Part shown: positions 1 through 8,312 of the stretch, piece by piece
Position numbering within the stretch: the first letter of the stretch is position 1
Layout of the letters: each line of letters starts with the position of its first letter
Source of the DNA: Segetibacter sp.
GTDB lineage: Bacteria > Bacteroidota > Bacteroidia > Chitinophagales > Chitinophagaceae
Assembly: GCA_036387965.1 (NCBI GenBank)
Contig: DASVST010000126.1
Location: forward strand, 1-41,654
Direction: 5' to 3'
DNA length: 41,654 bases
Program-made: the position numbers and the translations under genes
Notes under the pieces: generated by a model
Databases searched by the model: none
The model's input: only the letters and a program-made list of their open reading frames with translations
Told to the model about the DNA's origin: nothing

Positions 1-12
1 AACAATCGTTAC

Positions 13-1059
13 ATGAAGAAATTTATTCTCTTAATTCCTATTCTACTTGCAGTTTCCTTTGCATCTGCACAAGGACATACATACAATGTTTGTTGCAGGT
101 ATAGTAAAGCACCTGTAACAGGAGACGGTTGTATATGCCCAGGCTGTAAAAAAGAAAGGGATGCAGAGAAAGCAGCTATTGCTAAAGAGGATAAAAGAAA
201 AGAACAGGAAGCCACTGCAAAACTAGTAGCAGAAAAAGCTAAGAAAGAAAGAGAATCAAAAGAGGTTGAAAAAAGAACTGCAGAAGCGAAGCTAACTGAA
301 CAGAAAAACAAGGTGTATTTAGATTTTGCTGATAAAACACCCATTGAAGTGGTAAAAGAACCAACCACTAAACTAAGTCCAGTCAAAACGACAGGGGAGG
401 TTCTTTACACAAAAGGACGTTCTGACTTTAGTCTTTATTTTCAAAACGCTGGTGCTGATACAAAGTTGTATAACTCAAAAAACGAAGTTTATAAAGATTA
501 TGCTGGAGTTTTTCATAGTGTTTACGCAGCTGATAAGGAGTCAGGAAATAATGATAGAAAGTTTCCTCCTAATCTTTTTATTGCTCTCATTGAAAAGTCA
601 GGTGATAGATGTCAGTCGATAAAGCAAGAAACAGACTTAATTGATAGAGATGGTAATAGAATATTAAAGGATAATAGAATTACTCAAATACTACATATAT
701 ATAGTGATTTCTTTATATTAACGTACGGTGATTACTATAGTTACTGCCCTGATGGCAATTCTGTGAAAGCAGAACGAGGAGCAATTTATAATAGCAAAAC
801 TAAAGCTGTTTATGAAATTACTCCACACCCACAAGCTTGGGGTTTTAGTTTCAACTTCAATTTTGTGACAGCAATAGACAAGGACTCAAATTATTCTAAA
901 TACTTAAATCAAACAGTAGGAAGGGATGGCTGGCTAGGTTATACTTTTAGTGAATGCCGAATCGATGAAGGTTACATTTATAAGTATTATTATATAGATA
1001 AAGAGGGTAAATTAGCAACAACAGATTGGATAAGTCATGCGGTGTTTACGAACTGGTAA
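13..1059 (+). CDS. Secreted hypothetical protein: Cys-rich N-terminus, Lys/Glu coiled coil, C-terminal beta-rich domain
   Basis: 348-aa ORF; Sec-type signal MKKFILLIPILLAVSFASA; CC-x11-CxCxxC followed by an EK-rich helix; no family recognised. Confidence 0.75.
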   Translation: MKKFILLIPILLAVSFASAQGHTYNVCCRYSKAPVTGDGCICPGCKKERDAEKAAIAKEDKRKEQEATAKLVAEKAKKERESKEVEKRTAEAKLTEQKNKVYLDFADKTPIEVVKEPTTKLSPVKTTGEVLYTKGRSDFSLYFQNAGADTKLYNSKNEVYKDYAGVFHSVYAADKESGNNDRKFPPNLFIALIEKSGDRCQSIKQETDLIDRDGNRILKDNRITQILHIYSDFFILTYGDYYSYCPDGNSVKAERGAIYNSKTKAVYEITPHPQAWGFSFNFNFVTAIDKDSNYSKYLNQTVGRDGWLGYTFSECRIDEGYIYKYYYIDKEGKLATTDWISHAVFTNW

Positions 1060-1071
1060 ACTATAAATTCG

Positions 1072-2763
1072 ATGCAAAAAACTTTTCTAATACTCATCTT
1101 TCTCATTATTTTCTCACCTTTATCAGCACAAGTATTTACGTCAGAACAGTTACAAACATTTTCAAAGCATATAAGTGAAATACAGGCAAGTGCAAATGGC
1201 AAATTTGCTCTTGATTCAAGAGAATCAAAAATATATATGCTTAGTTTCCCACCAGAAAACTTCAACATCTTCTTCAGTACTTCACTTGCAACTCATGCTG
1301 TTTATAAAGAGTTAGGTACAGAAAAATTAATTATTAATGAGAGTATAGACTTTAGTAAGTGTACGGGTATAACAACTTTCGAAAATTCTAAAGGTAATGC
1401 AGGAGTCGTTGTCCTTACATTTCCCACGGGCACTGTAAAAACTAAAATCATCCAAAACGCAGCCTTGTTAAACTCTATGAGTAGTAACAAAGTAGAGTTC
1501 TACTACAACAAGGAAAATGAAGATGATAAAGAAAGGCTGGTAAATCTTCTTACTGAACTAACACAGATGTTCAAAACCGCCAAGGGGCTGGACGTAGAGG
1601 GTTCAGTTGTGCCAGTTAATAACGTTATTGAAAAACCCGTTGTAGCCGAAATAAATGTTGCTGCACTTAAAGTAGCTTTTCAAGAAAACAACCGAGGCTT
1701 AATTTCTGCGTTCATTGATTCAAATAATGTAAATGACAAAATTATTGATGGAGAAGTGCCATTAATCTCTGCATTAAGGTTAAAGAGTGATGCCTTAATC
1801 ATCAAGTACTTGATAGAACAAGGAGCCGCAGTTGATTATTTTGCTAGCAGGTTTCAGGAAAATAATTCAATATATAAAACACCTTTAGCATTAGCCTGCT
1901 TAAACGGGGACTTTAATGTTTTGACTACACTTATTGAAGAACGTGCTCCCATGTACCCTGCAATTAGCACGAACAAAGAAAAACGGCAACATGCCCGTTT
2001 TTATAAAAAGAACTTTAGCGAGGATGTTTTGACTTTGCTGGATAAGAGTGGCTACGACTTGGATGATGGATCAAGTGCTATAAAAAGTATTGAAGGAAGC
2101 ATGGTTTTAATAGAAGGGGGAAGTTTTACTATGGGCTGTGTTAGAGAGCAAGGCGACCTGTGCCCAGCAGACGAACTACCTTTAGTGCCTGATGTAAAAG
2201 TAAATTCGTTTTACTTATCAAAGTTTGAGTTAACCCAGGAAGAGTGGGAAAAAATTATGGATGAAAACCCTAGTAATTTCACTGGATGTAACAACTGCCC
2301 TGTTGAAATGGTTAATTGGAATGATATACAGGTTTTTCTTACAAAACTAAATCAGTTGTCAGGTAAAAAGTTTCGCTTACCTACAGAAGTGGAATGGGAA
2401 TTTGCAGCAAAGGAAAGAGGCAATAGCAGTGCTCTGTTTTCAGGCGGCAATAATCTTGAAAGTATTTCCTGGTCTTTATATGATTCTGAACAGAAAACGC
2501 ATCCAGTTGGGCAAAAAAAACCTAATGCACTTGGCTTGTACGATATGAGTGGTAACGTATATGAATGGTGTAGCAATGCGTACACTGAAAATCTCACAAA
2601 ATTTCAAAGTAGTGCAGACGATGGAACCGATACAAAACTGCATGTTTTGCGTGGAGGTTCCTGGAACCATAGCAAACGAAATAACAGGGTTTCTTTTCGG
2701 GAGCATTATGAGCCTGAATTAAGGCAGCCTACTTTTGGGTTTCGATTAGCTATGGATAAATAG
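1072..2763 (+). CDS. Secreted protein with ankyrin-like repeats and a C-terminal FGE-sulfatase (SUMF1-like) domain, probably non-catalytic
   Basis: Signal peptide; ankyrin-like PLISALR...YLIEQGA and TPLALAC; FGE motifs GGSFTMG, PVEMVNW, RLPTEVEWEFAA, PNALGLYDMSGNVYEW, RGGSW, GFRL; catalytic Cys pair after RGGS is absent. Confidence 0.85.
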   Translation: MQKTFLILIFLIIFSPLSAQVFTSEQLQTFSKHISEIQASANGKFALDSRESKIYMLSFPPENFNIFFSTSLATHAVYKELGTEKLIINESIDFSKCTGITTFENSKGNAGVVVLTFPTGTVKTKIIQNAALLNSMSSNKVEFYYNKENEDDKERLVNLLTELTQMFKTAKGLDVEGSVVPVNNVIEKPVVAEINVAALKVAFQENNRGLISAFIDSNNVNDKIIDGEVPLISALRLKSDALIIKYLIEQGAAVDYFASRFQENNSIYKTPLALACLNGDFNVLTTLIEERAPMYPAISTNKEKRQHARFYKKNFSEDVLTLLDKSGYDLDDGSSAIKSIEGSMVLIEGGSFTMGCVREQGDLCPADELPLVPDVKVNSFYLSKFELTQEEWEKIMDENPSNFTGCNNCPVEMVNWNDIQVFLTKLNQLSGKKFRLPTEVEWEFAAKERGNSSALFSGGNNLESISWSLYDSEQKTHPVGQKKPNALGLYDMSGNVYEWCSNAYTENLTKFQSSADDGTDTKLHVLRGGSWNHSKRNNRVSFREHYEPELRQPTFGFRLAMDK

Positions 2764-2863
2764 TCCCTCTTGTTTTACTCATCATCCCTTAAAGAGTTCA
2801 TCGAAGCCTGCTCGTAATGTCATGCTGTCTTGAACAGGTAGTTAAATGGGTGTTCTAATTCTT

Positions 2864-2914
2864 TAAAATACCTAATTCGGGTATTGTTTCCACTGTTTCA
2901 CCAGAATACTTTTA
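2864..2914 (+). promoter_or_regulatory. Palindromic operator overlapping a Bacteroidota-like -33/-7 promoter (copy 1)
   Basis: AATACC-N7-GGTATT at 2867-2885; TTG at 2884-2886, 20-bp spacer, TACTTTTA at 2907-2914; 23/25 identical to 6765-6789. Confidence 0.6.
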
Positions 2915-2933
2915 CTAGGAAGCTTTCAACAAA

Positions 2934-3136
2934 ATGACAACGACTTTGCAAGTACAGTAACGCAAAGAGAACGGGTAATACTTAAGCTTATGGCAAAGGG
3001 TGCTCTAACCAGCAAATCGCAGACAGGCTGCTGATTAGTGTAGATACCGTGAAAACCATTTAAATACTTATAGGAAGCTGGTGCCTGCAACAGGATAGAA
3101 GCTTTGGTAAAAGCTAAGATGATAGAAAATGACTAA
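2934..3136 (+). pseudogene. Frameshifted solo LuxR/GerE-type HTH regulator (pseudogene or homopolymer assembly error)
   Basis: Joining frames gives MTNDFASTVTQRERVILKLMAKGCSNQQIADRLLISVDTVKNHL-NTYRKLGACNRIEALVKAKMIEND, a typical LuxR C-terminal HTH; this needs one added base at each of about 2940, 3000, 3055 and 3081. Confidence 0.8.
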
Positions 3137-3199
3137 AAAGTGCTATAGGTTACCATTAAGGCAAACAAGATATTTGATTAACCAAACCAAAATAAATAA

Positions 3200-3631
3200 A
3201 TGAAGCACACTTTCCTCTTATTGTCCATTGTCTGCGCCTTCACCTTTTTCGGATGTTCAAAAAAACTAGATGAGGATCCACTTGCTTCTCTTAGGGCTAA
3301 TCTGACTGGACACCTTTGGAAAATTAGTTCCACTGTAATGGTTACTGCATCAGGTGAACAACCCCAAAGTATACCAAATTGTAAAAAAGACAACTTATGG
3401 GAATATAAAACTGATGGTTCTTTTGCAGTATATCCAGGGTCCATATTATGCAATTCTTCTGAAGTAACATTATATGGAACATGGGAATTATTGAATAATG
3501 GCAAAAGTCTAAAAATCACTATACCTAATGCAGGTTCCTATACAGACGAAGTACGAGTTTTAGAAGCAACAAAGTTGCAACTAGCGTACACTACCAATAA
3601 TTTGTTTATAGATACTTATGTATCCAACTAA
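3200..3631 (+). CDS. Lipoprotein with a lipocalin-like domain
   Basis: Lipobox FFG-C then SKKLDED; LTGHLWKI and YGTWEL lipocalin-like strands typical of small Bacteroidota lipoproteins. Confidence 0.75.
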   Translation: MKHTFLLLSIVCAFTFFGCSKKLDEDPLASLRANLTGHLWKISSTVMVTASGEQPQSIPNCKKDNLWEYKTDGSFAVYPGSILCNSSEVTLYGTWELLNNGKSLKITIPNAGSYTDEVRVLEATKLQLAYTTNNLFIDTYVSN

Positions 3632-3661
3632 AACGACAGTTTCAACCCATAAAAAACATTC

Positions 3662-5290
3662 ATGAAAACTCTTTTATCCATTGTGGCGTTTTCAGTTTAT
3701 TTATCAGGAGCGGCACAACAAATCAGTACCACCTATGCTACCTCTAAGGAAATGTCTAAGGTGTTTGCACGTGCCAAAATAGATTATTTAGTTAGTAAGA
3801 TAGATAAAACAACAGTCCATTTCGGTCTGAGGGCAATCGTTACAATAGATCCGTCTATGGGTTATAGATATAATGGCGTAGTTTATAGAAGTGAAGTTCC
3901 TGGTTTGATAGAAGTTATACGAAGAATGAAGGCAGATTTTCCAACCGTAAGGTTTAGTATCAATTATGCTGGTTATTCAGTGGAGGAAAAAAGTTTTGCG
4001 ATAAGTGAGACCAAGACGCTCAATTTGTATGCAGGGGATGGTTTTTCCATTTCTACAACAGAAGACCGGGCAGAAAATATTTCGAGCTGGAGTCTGACCG
4101 GATTGCGAATCGAATCTTTTAGCTTTTCTCCCGATCCATCAATTTGGATGGAAGCTGAAGATTTGATAAAAAATTATCTCAGAAAGAAGGAAAATAAAAC
4201 AAAGGCTGATGAGTTGATTCAGGAAGCGGAACGCCTACAGAGGTACGGAACGATTGAAAAGGATTTGGAAGCAAAAGGAAAATTGTTGGCGGCCAAACGG
4301 TTAGATCCTGATGATGAGTATATAGATCGTTTAATAGAACGTGCCGAGCGATACTTAGAAAATAAAAGGGAAGCGAAAGCGAAGGAGGAAGAAAAGGAGG
4401 TGGTAAAAAGTAAAACTGAAGAAAGCCCGAAAGAAAAACCAAAAGAGATAGATTTAAGTCCTTGCGGTAGAGTCAGGGCCGACGTAAATATGATGGGGAA
4501 GGCCTACTACAAATATGTAAATGGTGGAAGAAAAGATTTGACGCTTCGTGACCAGGTAATATCGAGTGCCGATTATATTTTAAGTCAGTGCCCTTATGAT
4601 GCATCAACAGCCCATATTCGAAATGAGCTAATGCAGGAAAAAGCAGCGCAAGCACAGGCAATCGGAATCTTACTCGATGGTGCATCGGCTGCAGCAGAAG
4701 ATATTTTCACGCCTCACACGATCTACGGATTCGGGTATACGGGCTATAAGTATGATCCAAATAAGTTTGATACTGTCAATTTTAAAAAGGTCACATTCCA
4801 AATAAGTGGAGTACAGAAATTTGTATACGCACTGGGGGAGATTGGATATTTTCAGTCTCCCAGCTATTCGGTAAAGCATCAAAAGAGTGGAGTAGATACA
4901 GGTATTAAAGACACGGCAAGGAATAGTGGATTATGGTTGAGCTTTGGTGTTGGTCCATCGTTTAGATTTTTTAGGGACCATATAGTTATAAACTCTGTAG
5001 CTCAGATAGCAGGCGTCGTTGGTAAAACTTATGGGGGTCAAACTGATCTTACATTTTTTGGAGGAGCTTTTTCTGCGGGAATACTATTGCGATTAGGGAA
5101 GTTCGGCATTGGTGCAAATTATGAATATCTAGTACCAGCCTTGTCTCCCCCACGTCGCGGAGAAAGTGCTACGGATCTTGGAGATATTCCTTCGGACTAC
5201 TTTGAATCTTGGGAATATGAAAGTTCGATTCCAAAGATGAAATCTTTCAGTATAAGATTCAAGTTCAACTTTAATGTAAATAAACAATAG
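3662..5290 (+). CDS. Hypothetical outer-membrane protein: N-terminal domain, coiled-coil stalk, probable C-terminal beta-barrel
   Basis: Signal peptide; charged helical middle region; C-terminal amphipathic Gly/aromatic strands ending FSIRFKFNFNVNKQ. Confidence 0.65.
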   Translation: MKTLLSIVAFSVYLSGAAQQISTTYATSKEMSKVFARAKIDYLVSKIDKTTVHFGLRAIVTIDPSMGYRYNGVVYRSEVPGLIEVIRRMKADFPTVRFSINYAGYSVEEKSFAISETKTLNLYAGDGFSISTTEDRAENISSWSLTGLRIESFSFSPDPSIWMEAEDLIKNYLRKKENKTKADELIQEAERLQRYGTIEKDLEAKGKLLAAKRLDPDDEYIDRLIERAERYLENKREAKAKEEEKEVVKSKTEESPKEKPKEIDLSPCGRVRADVNMMGKAYYKYVNGGRKDLTLRDQVISSADYILSQCPYDASTAHIRNELMQEKAAQAQAIGILLDGASAAAEDIFTPHTIYGFGYTGYKYDPNKFDTVNFKKVTFQISGVQKFVYALGEIGYFQSPSYSVKHQKSGVDTGIKDTARNSGLWLSFGVGPSFRFFRDHIVINSVAQIAGVVGKTYGGQTDLTFFGGAFSAGILLRLGKFGIGANYEYLVPALSPPRRGESATDLGDIPSDYFESWEYESSIPKMKSFSIRFKFNFNVNKQ

Positions 5291-5348
5291 CTTAAAGGTG
5301 CTACAATTAGCAATTGACCAGCTAAAACAACTAAAGTAACTACCAGAA

Positions 5349-6140
5349 ATGAGACATTCTTTTTTATTTATTTTCATTTCTTTCTGTATTGGAGCTTCCG
5401 CACAGGAAGTGCTTTTTATAGGAACCTATAGCAAGCGAATGCCAGGTAAAAGTTATTGGTGCTCAGATATGCAACTGGAAACTAAAAAGGTACTTTCAAA
5501 AAAAGAATACTTTGATGTTGCTGACAAATTTAAAGAAGAGCATAAAGATCAAAGTCCATCTACCAGGTCAGTCGAAAGTGGATACGTAATAATTTACTCT
5601 TTCCAGAAAGAAAATGCTGCCTTCAATTGCATTGAAAAAATAACAAGTTATAAAATAGGTACAGACGAAGCAGATGCCAAACGCAAGCTTGAAGAAGAAA
5701 TGTTGAAAGAGCCAAAAAAATTTAAAACAAAACCAGAGGTAATCTATAAGTGGGCAGCTACTTCTGCGAACGACAACTCTAAACTTGAACCAGATATTAT
5801 AGAAGGTGTACGTGTGGCATTGACTCCAATTAAAAATAGCTCAGGTCAGATCACGGCAACAAGGGGAGAATTTGTAAATACTAACAAAGAACAGGCTATT
5901 TCAATGTTATTAGTAGTAGATGGCGTACCTGAAAAAACTCCTTACGTCCTTCAACATGGCGAAAAGCTGAATATTAAACTTCCAGTGGCTAAGACAATTG
6001 ACTTGAAAATTGAGAAAGCCCAAAAAGGTGCAAGCCCAGGTATTATCAACTGGATCAAAGCCAAGGTTAAAGCAAAAGTGAGAGAAGTGAACGGAGAACT
6101 TAAAATAAATAACGGCGCATCACTTGGTGGAAGAGGATAA
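5349..6140 (+). CDS. Secreted hypothetical protein
   Basis: 263-aa ORF with signal peptide ending GASA-Q; no family recognised. Confidence 0.7.
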   Translation: MRHSFLFIFISFCIGASAQEVLFIGTYSKRMPGKSYWCSDMQLETKKVLSKKEYFDVADKFKEEHKDQSPSTRSVESGYVIIYSFQKENAAFNCIEKITSYKIGTDEADAKRKLEEEMLKEPKKFKTKPEVIYKWAATSANDNSKLEPDIIEGVRVALTPIKNSSGQITATRGEFVNTNKEQAISMLLVVDGVPEKTPYVLQHGEKLNIKLPVAKTIDLKIEKAQKGASPGIINWIKAKVKAKVREVNGELKINNGASLGGRG

Positions 6141-6142
6141 AC

Positions 6143-6748
6143 ATGTTAGCAGTTCATTGGACACCTGTAAACAACACTAAAGCCATTTTAAAAAATGGCA
6201 TCAGGAAAACTAAGAAAGGTGTTTATTGTTTTCCTCTCACAGGGCATAAGACAATGGACAAATGGTGGGTCAACTTCTTCAATCAAGCTGGTGCAAGAAA
6301 TCGTAAGCAATACAACGGCATTGTGTTCAGAATCTCTAAAAAAGACTTACCTGCATATTTTGGACATTGGATTGGAGCAACAACAAAATGTGACTTCAAA
6401 AAAGAGATAACTGATTTAAAAGAATTAGGAAGTCAATTTAGAGAAGCAATGCTCTGGCGAATGGGTGAAGAAGTTGCCAGAGCACATAATCTTGATCATG
6501 GTATTTATGAATATGACACGTTGCATAGCATGTACTTAAATCTTGCAGAAACAGAACTTGCAAACAACAGTAAGGCACTGGCTGATAAACTCAATAGTCT
6601 TGACTTTATATCAAAAGTTTTGGATGACTACCAGATCGTATTGTCTAACTCAATACCCGCTAATAGGATAATTAAGGTTATCCCACAAGGAAATGAGTTT
6701 GGCAGAGTGCTAAGACAGCAGAAGAAAAATAATTCAACTGCCAGATAA
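6143..6748 (+). CDS. Hypothetical cytoplasmic protein with a possible ADP-ribosyltransferase (Tpt1/KptA-like) fold
   Basis: VHWT...ILKNGI, GVYCFP and C-terminal YQIVLSNSIPANRI resemble the strand order of HYE-clade ART/Tpt1 domains; starts 2 bp after the upstream stop. Confidence 0.55.
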   Translation: MLAVHWTPVNNTKAILKNGIRKTKKGVYCFPLTGHKTMDKWWVNFFNQAGARNRKQYNGIVFRISKKDLPAYFGHWIGATTKCDFKKEITDLKELGSQFREAMLWRMGEEVARAHNLDHGIYEYDTLHSMYLNLAETELANNSKALADKLNSLDFISKVLDDYQIVLSNSIPANRIIKVIPQGNEFGRVLRQQKKNNSTAR

Positions 6749-6764
6749 TAATAGCTTGGACTTC

Positions 6765-6815
6765 TAAAATACTTAATTCAGGTATTGTTAGGTCAATTAT
6801 ATCTTTCTACTTTTA
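6765..6815 (+). promoter_or_regulatory. Palindromic operator/promoter (copy 2)
   Basis: AATACT-N7-GGTATT at 6768-6786; TTG at 6785-6787, 20-bp spacer, TACTTTTA at 6808-6815; same geometry as copy 1. Confidence 0.6.
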
Positions 6816-6848
6816 TTAATAACTCTTCACACCCCAAAACCAAAACAC

Positions 6849-8186
6849 ATGAAACTTCGCTCTACTATTCTTTTTGCATTTATTGTGCTTACTGTAAGCT
6901 GTACAAAAACAATAGAAGAAAAATCTAAAGATGAAACAACAGATGTTCTGATGGCAAAGCCGCCATCGTCTACATCTCCACTCACAGTTTCCTATGATTG
7001 GAAACAATGCCTTGGTGCAAATGCAGATGAAAATGGTGTTGCCGTTGCCAAAGGAACTCTTGGTGCGTACATGTCAGTAGGTAACATAGGCTCTCCATCA
7101 CCTGTTGATGGTTATTTTGGGCTTTATAATCCCGCAACTGGTTTAAAGGTTAAAGGCTTAATTGGTGGCTCGAGAACCGAGCAGATTAAAGGAGTAGTAG
7201 CAACCGACGATGGAGGTTTTTTAGTAGTCGGCACTACTAACAGTCCTGAAAATGATGGGTACAATTATCCTACTAAGGTAAATAACGCGGGATACAATTA
7301 TTATCCTTCAAAAATATTCTTTACAAAATTCTCAGGGAATGGTACTAAAGAGTGGCAAAAGCTTTATCATGAAGAACGAAGCAGAACTTTACTAAACGTT
7401 AAGCAAACAAAAGCAGGCGGCATTGTGGTGACGGGTTATGAAAGTAGTGCGGGCTTTTTAATAGTATTCACACCAGCTATTAGAACTTTTTTGCAAGAAC
7501 CTACTGATGCAGAAATTTCAGCAACCTTTGAATGGGAGTCCGCGCCTATTGCTTACCCGACATCTACAACAAATTTCCCTTATGCTGTGGTAGAAGAGTC
7601 TACCGGGTCTTTTGTTGTTGCAGGAAGTACAGGTGCGGGAAGTGGCACTACTGGTAGTTTAATTGCAAGAATCACGAGAGGTCAGACCCCACAAACAAAT
7701 AAAATCTTTGCAGCAGATCAACCCCTTTTGGCTTTCGGAATAGAAATATCCTCTACCGGATTCATTGTCACTGGCAGAACGGATGACCCATTATTTGTTT
7801 TGAAAGTAAATAATGATTTGACTTTGGATACAAAAAAGTACTTTGGGGGCAGCGGTACTGAACAGGGAAGAGCCATTACAAAAACATCGCAGGGTTATTT
7901 GATAATAGGGCACACGAACAGCAAAGATGGTGATATAACTAATACTATCGGAAGCTATGATATATGGGCTCTGCACATAAATGAAAACTTGGAAATATTG
8001 CCAAACAGAAGTTTTAGCTTAGGTGGAAATAGAGATGATTATGGACACTATGTTATTTTGGACATTGGTAAGAATGGACAAGAAGCATATACAATTGTTG
8101 GTACAACTTACAGTACCGGCGGCGACGTTTCTGGAAAGAGTGGGGGTTGTGATATCTGGACAGCTAAGTTTCAGTTTCCGCAGTAA
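6849..8186 (+). CDS. Lipoprotein with beta-propeller-type repeats
   Basis: Lipobox TVS-C plus K/E-rich export signal; repeated W/K-x-(L/F)GG(S/N)-x-x-(E/D)...G-x-T-x-S units; no T9SS C-terminal domain. Confidence 0.75.
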   Translation: MKLRSTILFAFIVLTVSCTKTIEEKSKDETTDVLMAKPPSSTSPLTVSYDWKQCLGANADENGVAVAKGTLGAYMSVGNIGSPSPVDGYFGLYNPATGLKVKGLIGGSRTEQIKGVVATDDGGFLVVGTTNSPENDGYNYPTKVNNAGYNYYPSKIFFTKFSGNGTKEWQKLYHEERSRTLLNVKQTKAGGIVVTGYESSAGFLIVFTPAIRTFLQEPTDAEISATFEWESAPIAYPTSTTNFPYAVVEESTGSFVVAGSTGAGSGTTGSLIARITRGQTPQTNKIFAADQPLLAFGIEISSTGFIVTGRTDDPLFVLKVNNDLTLDTKKYFGGSGTEQGRAITKTSQGYLIIGHTNSKDGDITNTIGSYDIWALHINENLEILPNRSFSLGGNRDDYGHYVILDIGKNGQEAYTIVGTTYSTGGDVSGKSGGCDIWTAKFQFPQ

Positions 8187-8222
8187 GCATCATCAAAAGC
8201 TACCTTTTTGTTATTAAAATTA

Positions 8223-8254
8223 AAAAGAAGCCATCTTGCAAGATGGCTTCTTTT
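8223..8254. terminator. Bidirectional intrinsic terminator
   Basis: Perfect 32-bp palindrome AAAAGAAGCCATCTTG/CAAGATGGCTTCTTTT between convergent genes. Confidence 0.85.
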
Positions 8255-8312
8255 GCGTGATGTCGTGCATGGCGTCTATAAGTACCTCTCAAACCAGTTC
8301 ATTCCGGTACGC

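Noticed and set aside
2100-2763. Active formylglycine-generating enzyme or DGR target
   Set aside because: The catalytic Cys pair is absent; there is no sulfatase or CxPxR substrate nearby (CICPGC in the first ORF does not match); no reverse transcriptase or template repeat is in the window
6120-6140. C-terminal GGRG as a ubiquitin-like conjugation tail
   Set aside because: The protein does not end in GG, has a secretion signal, and no E1/E2/JAB genes are present
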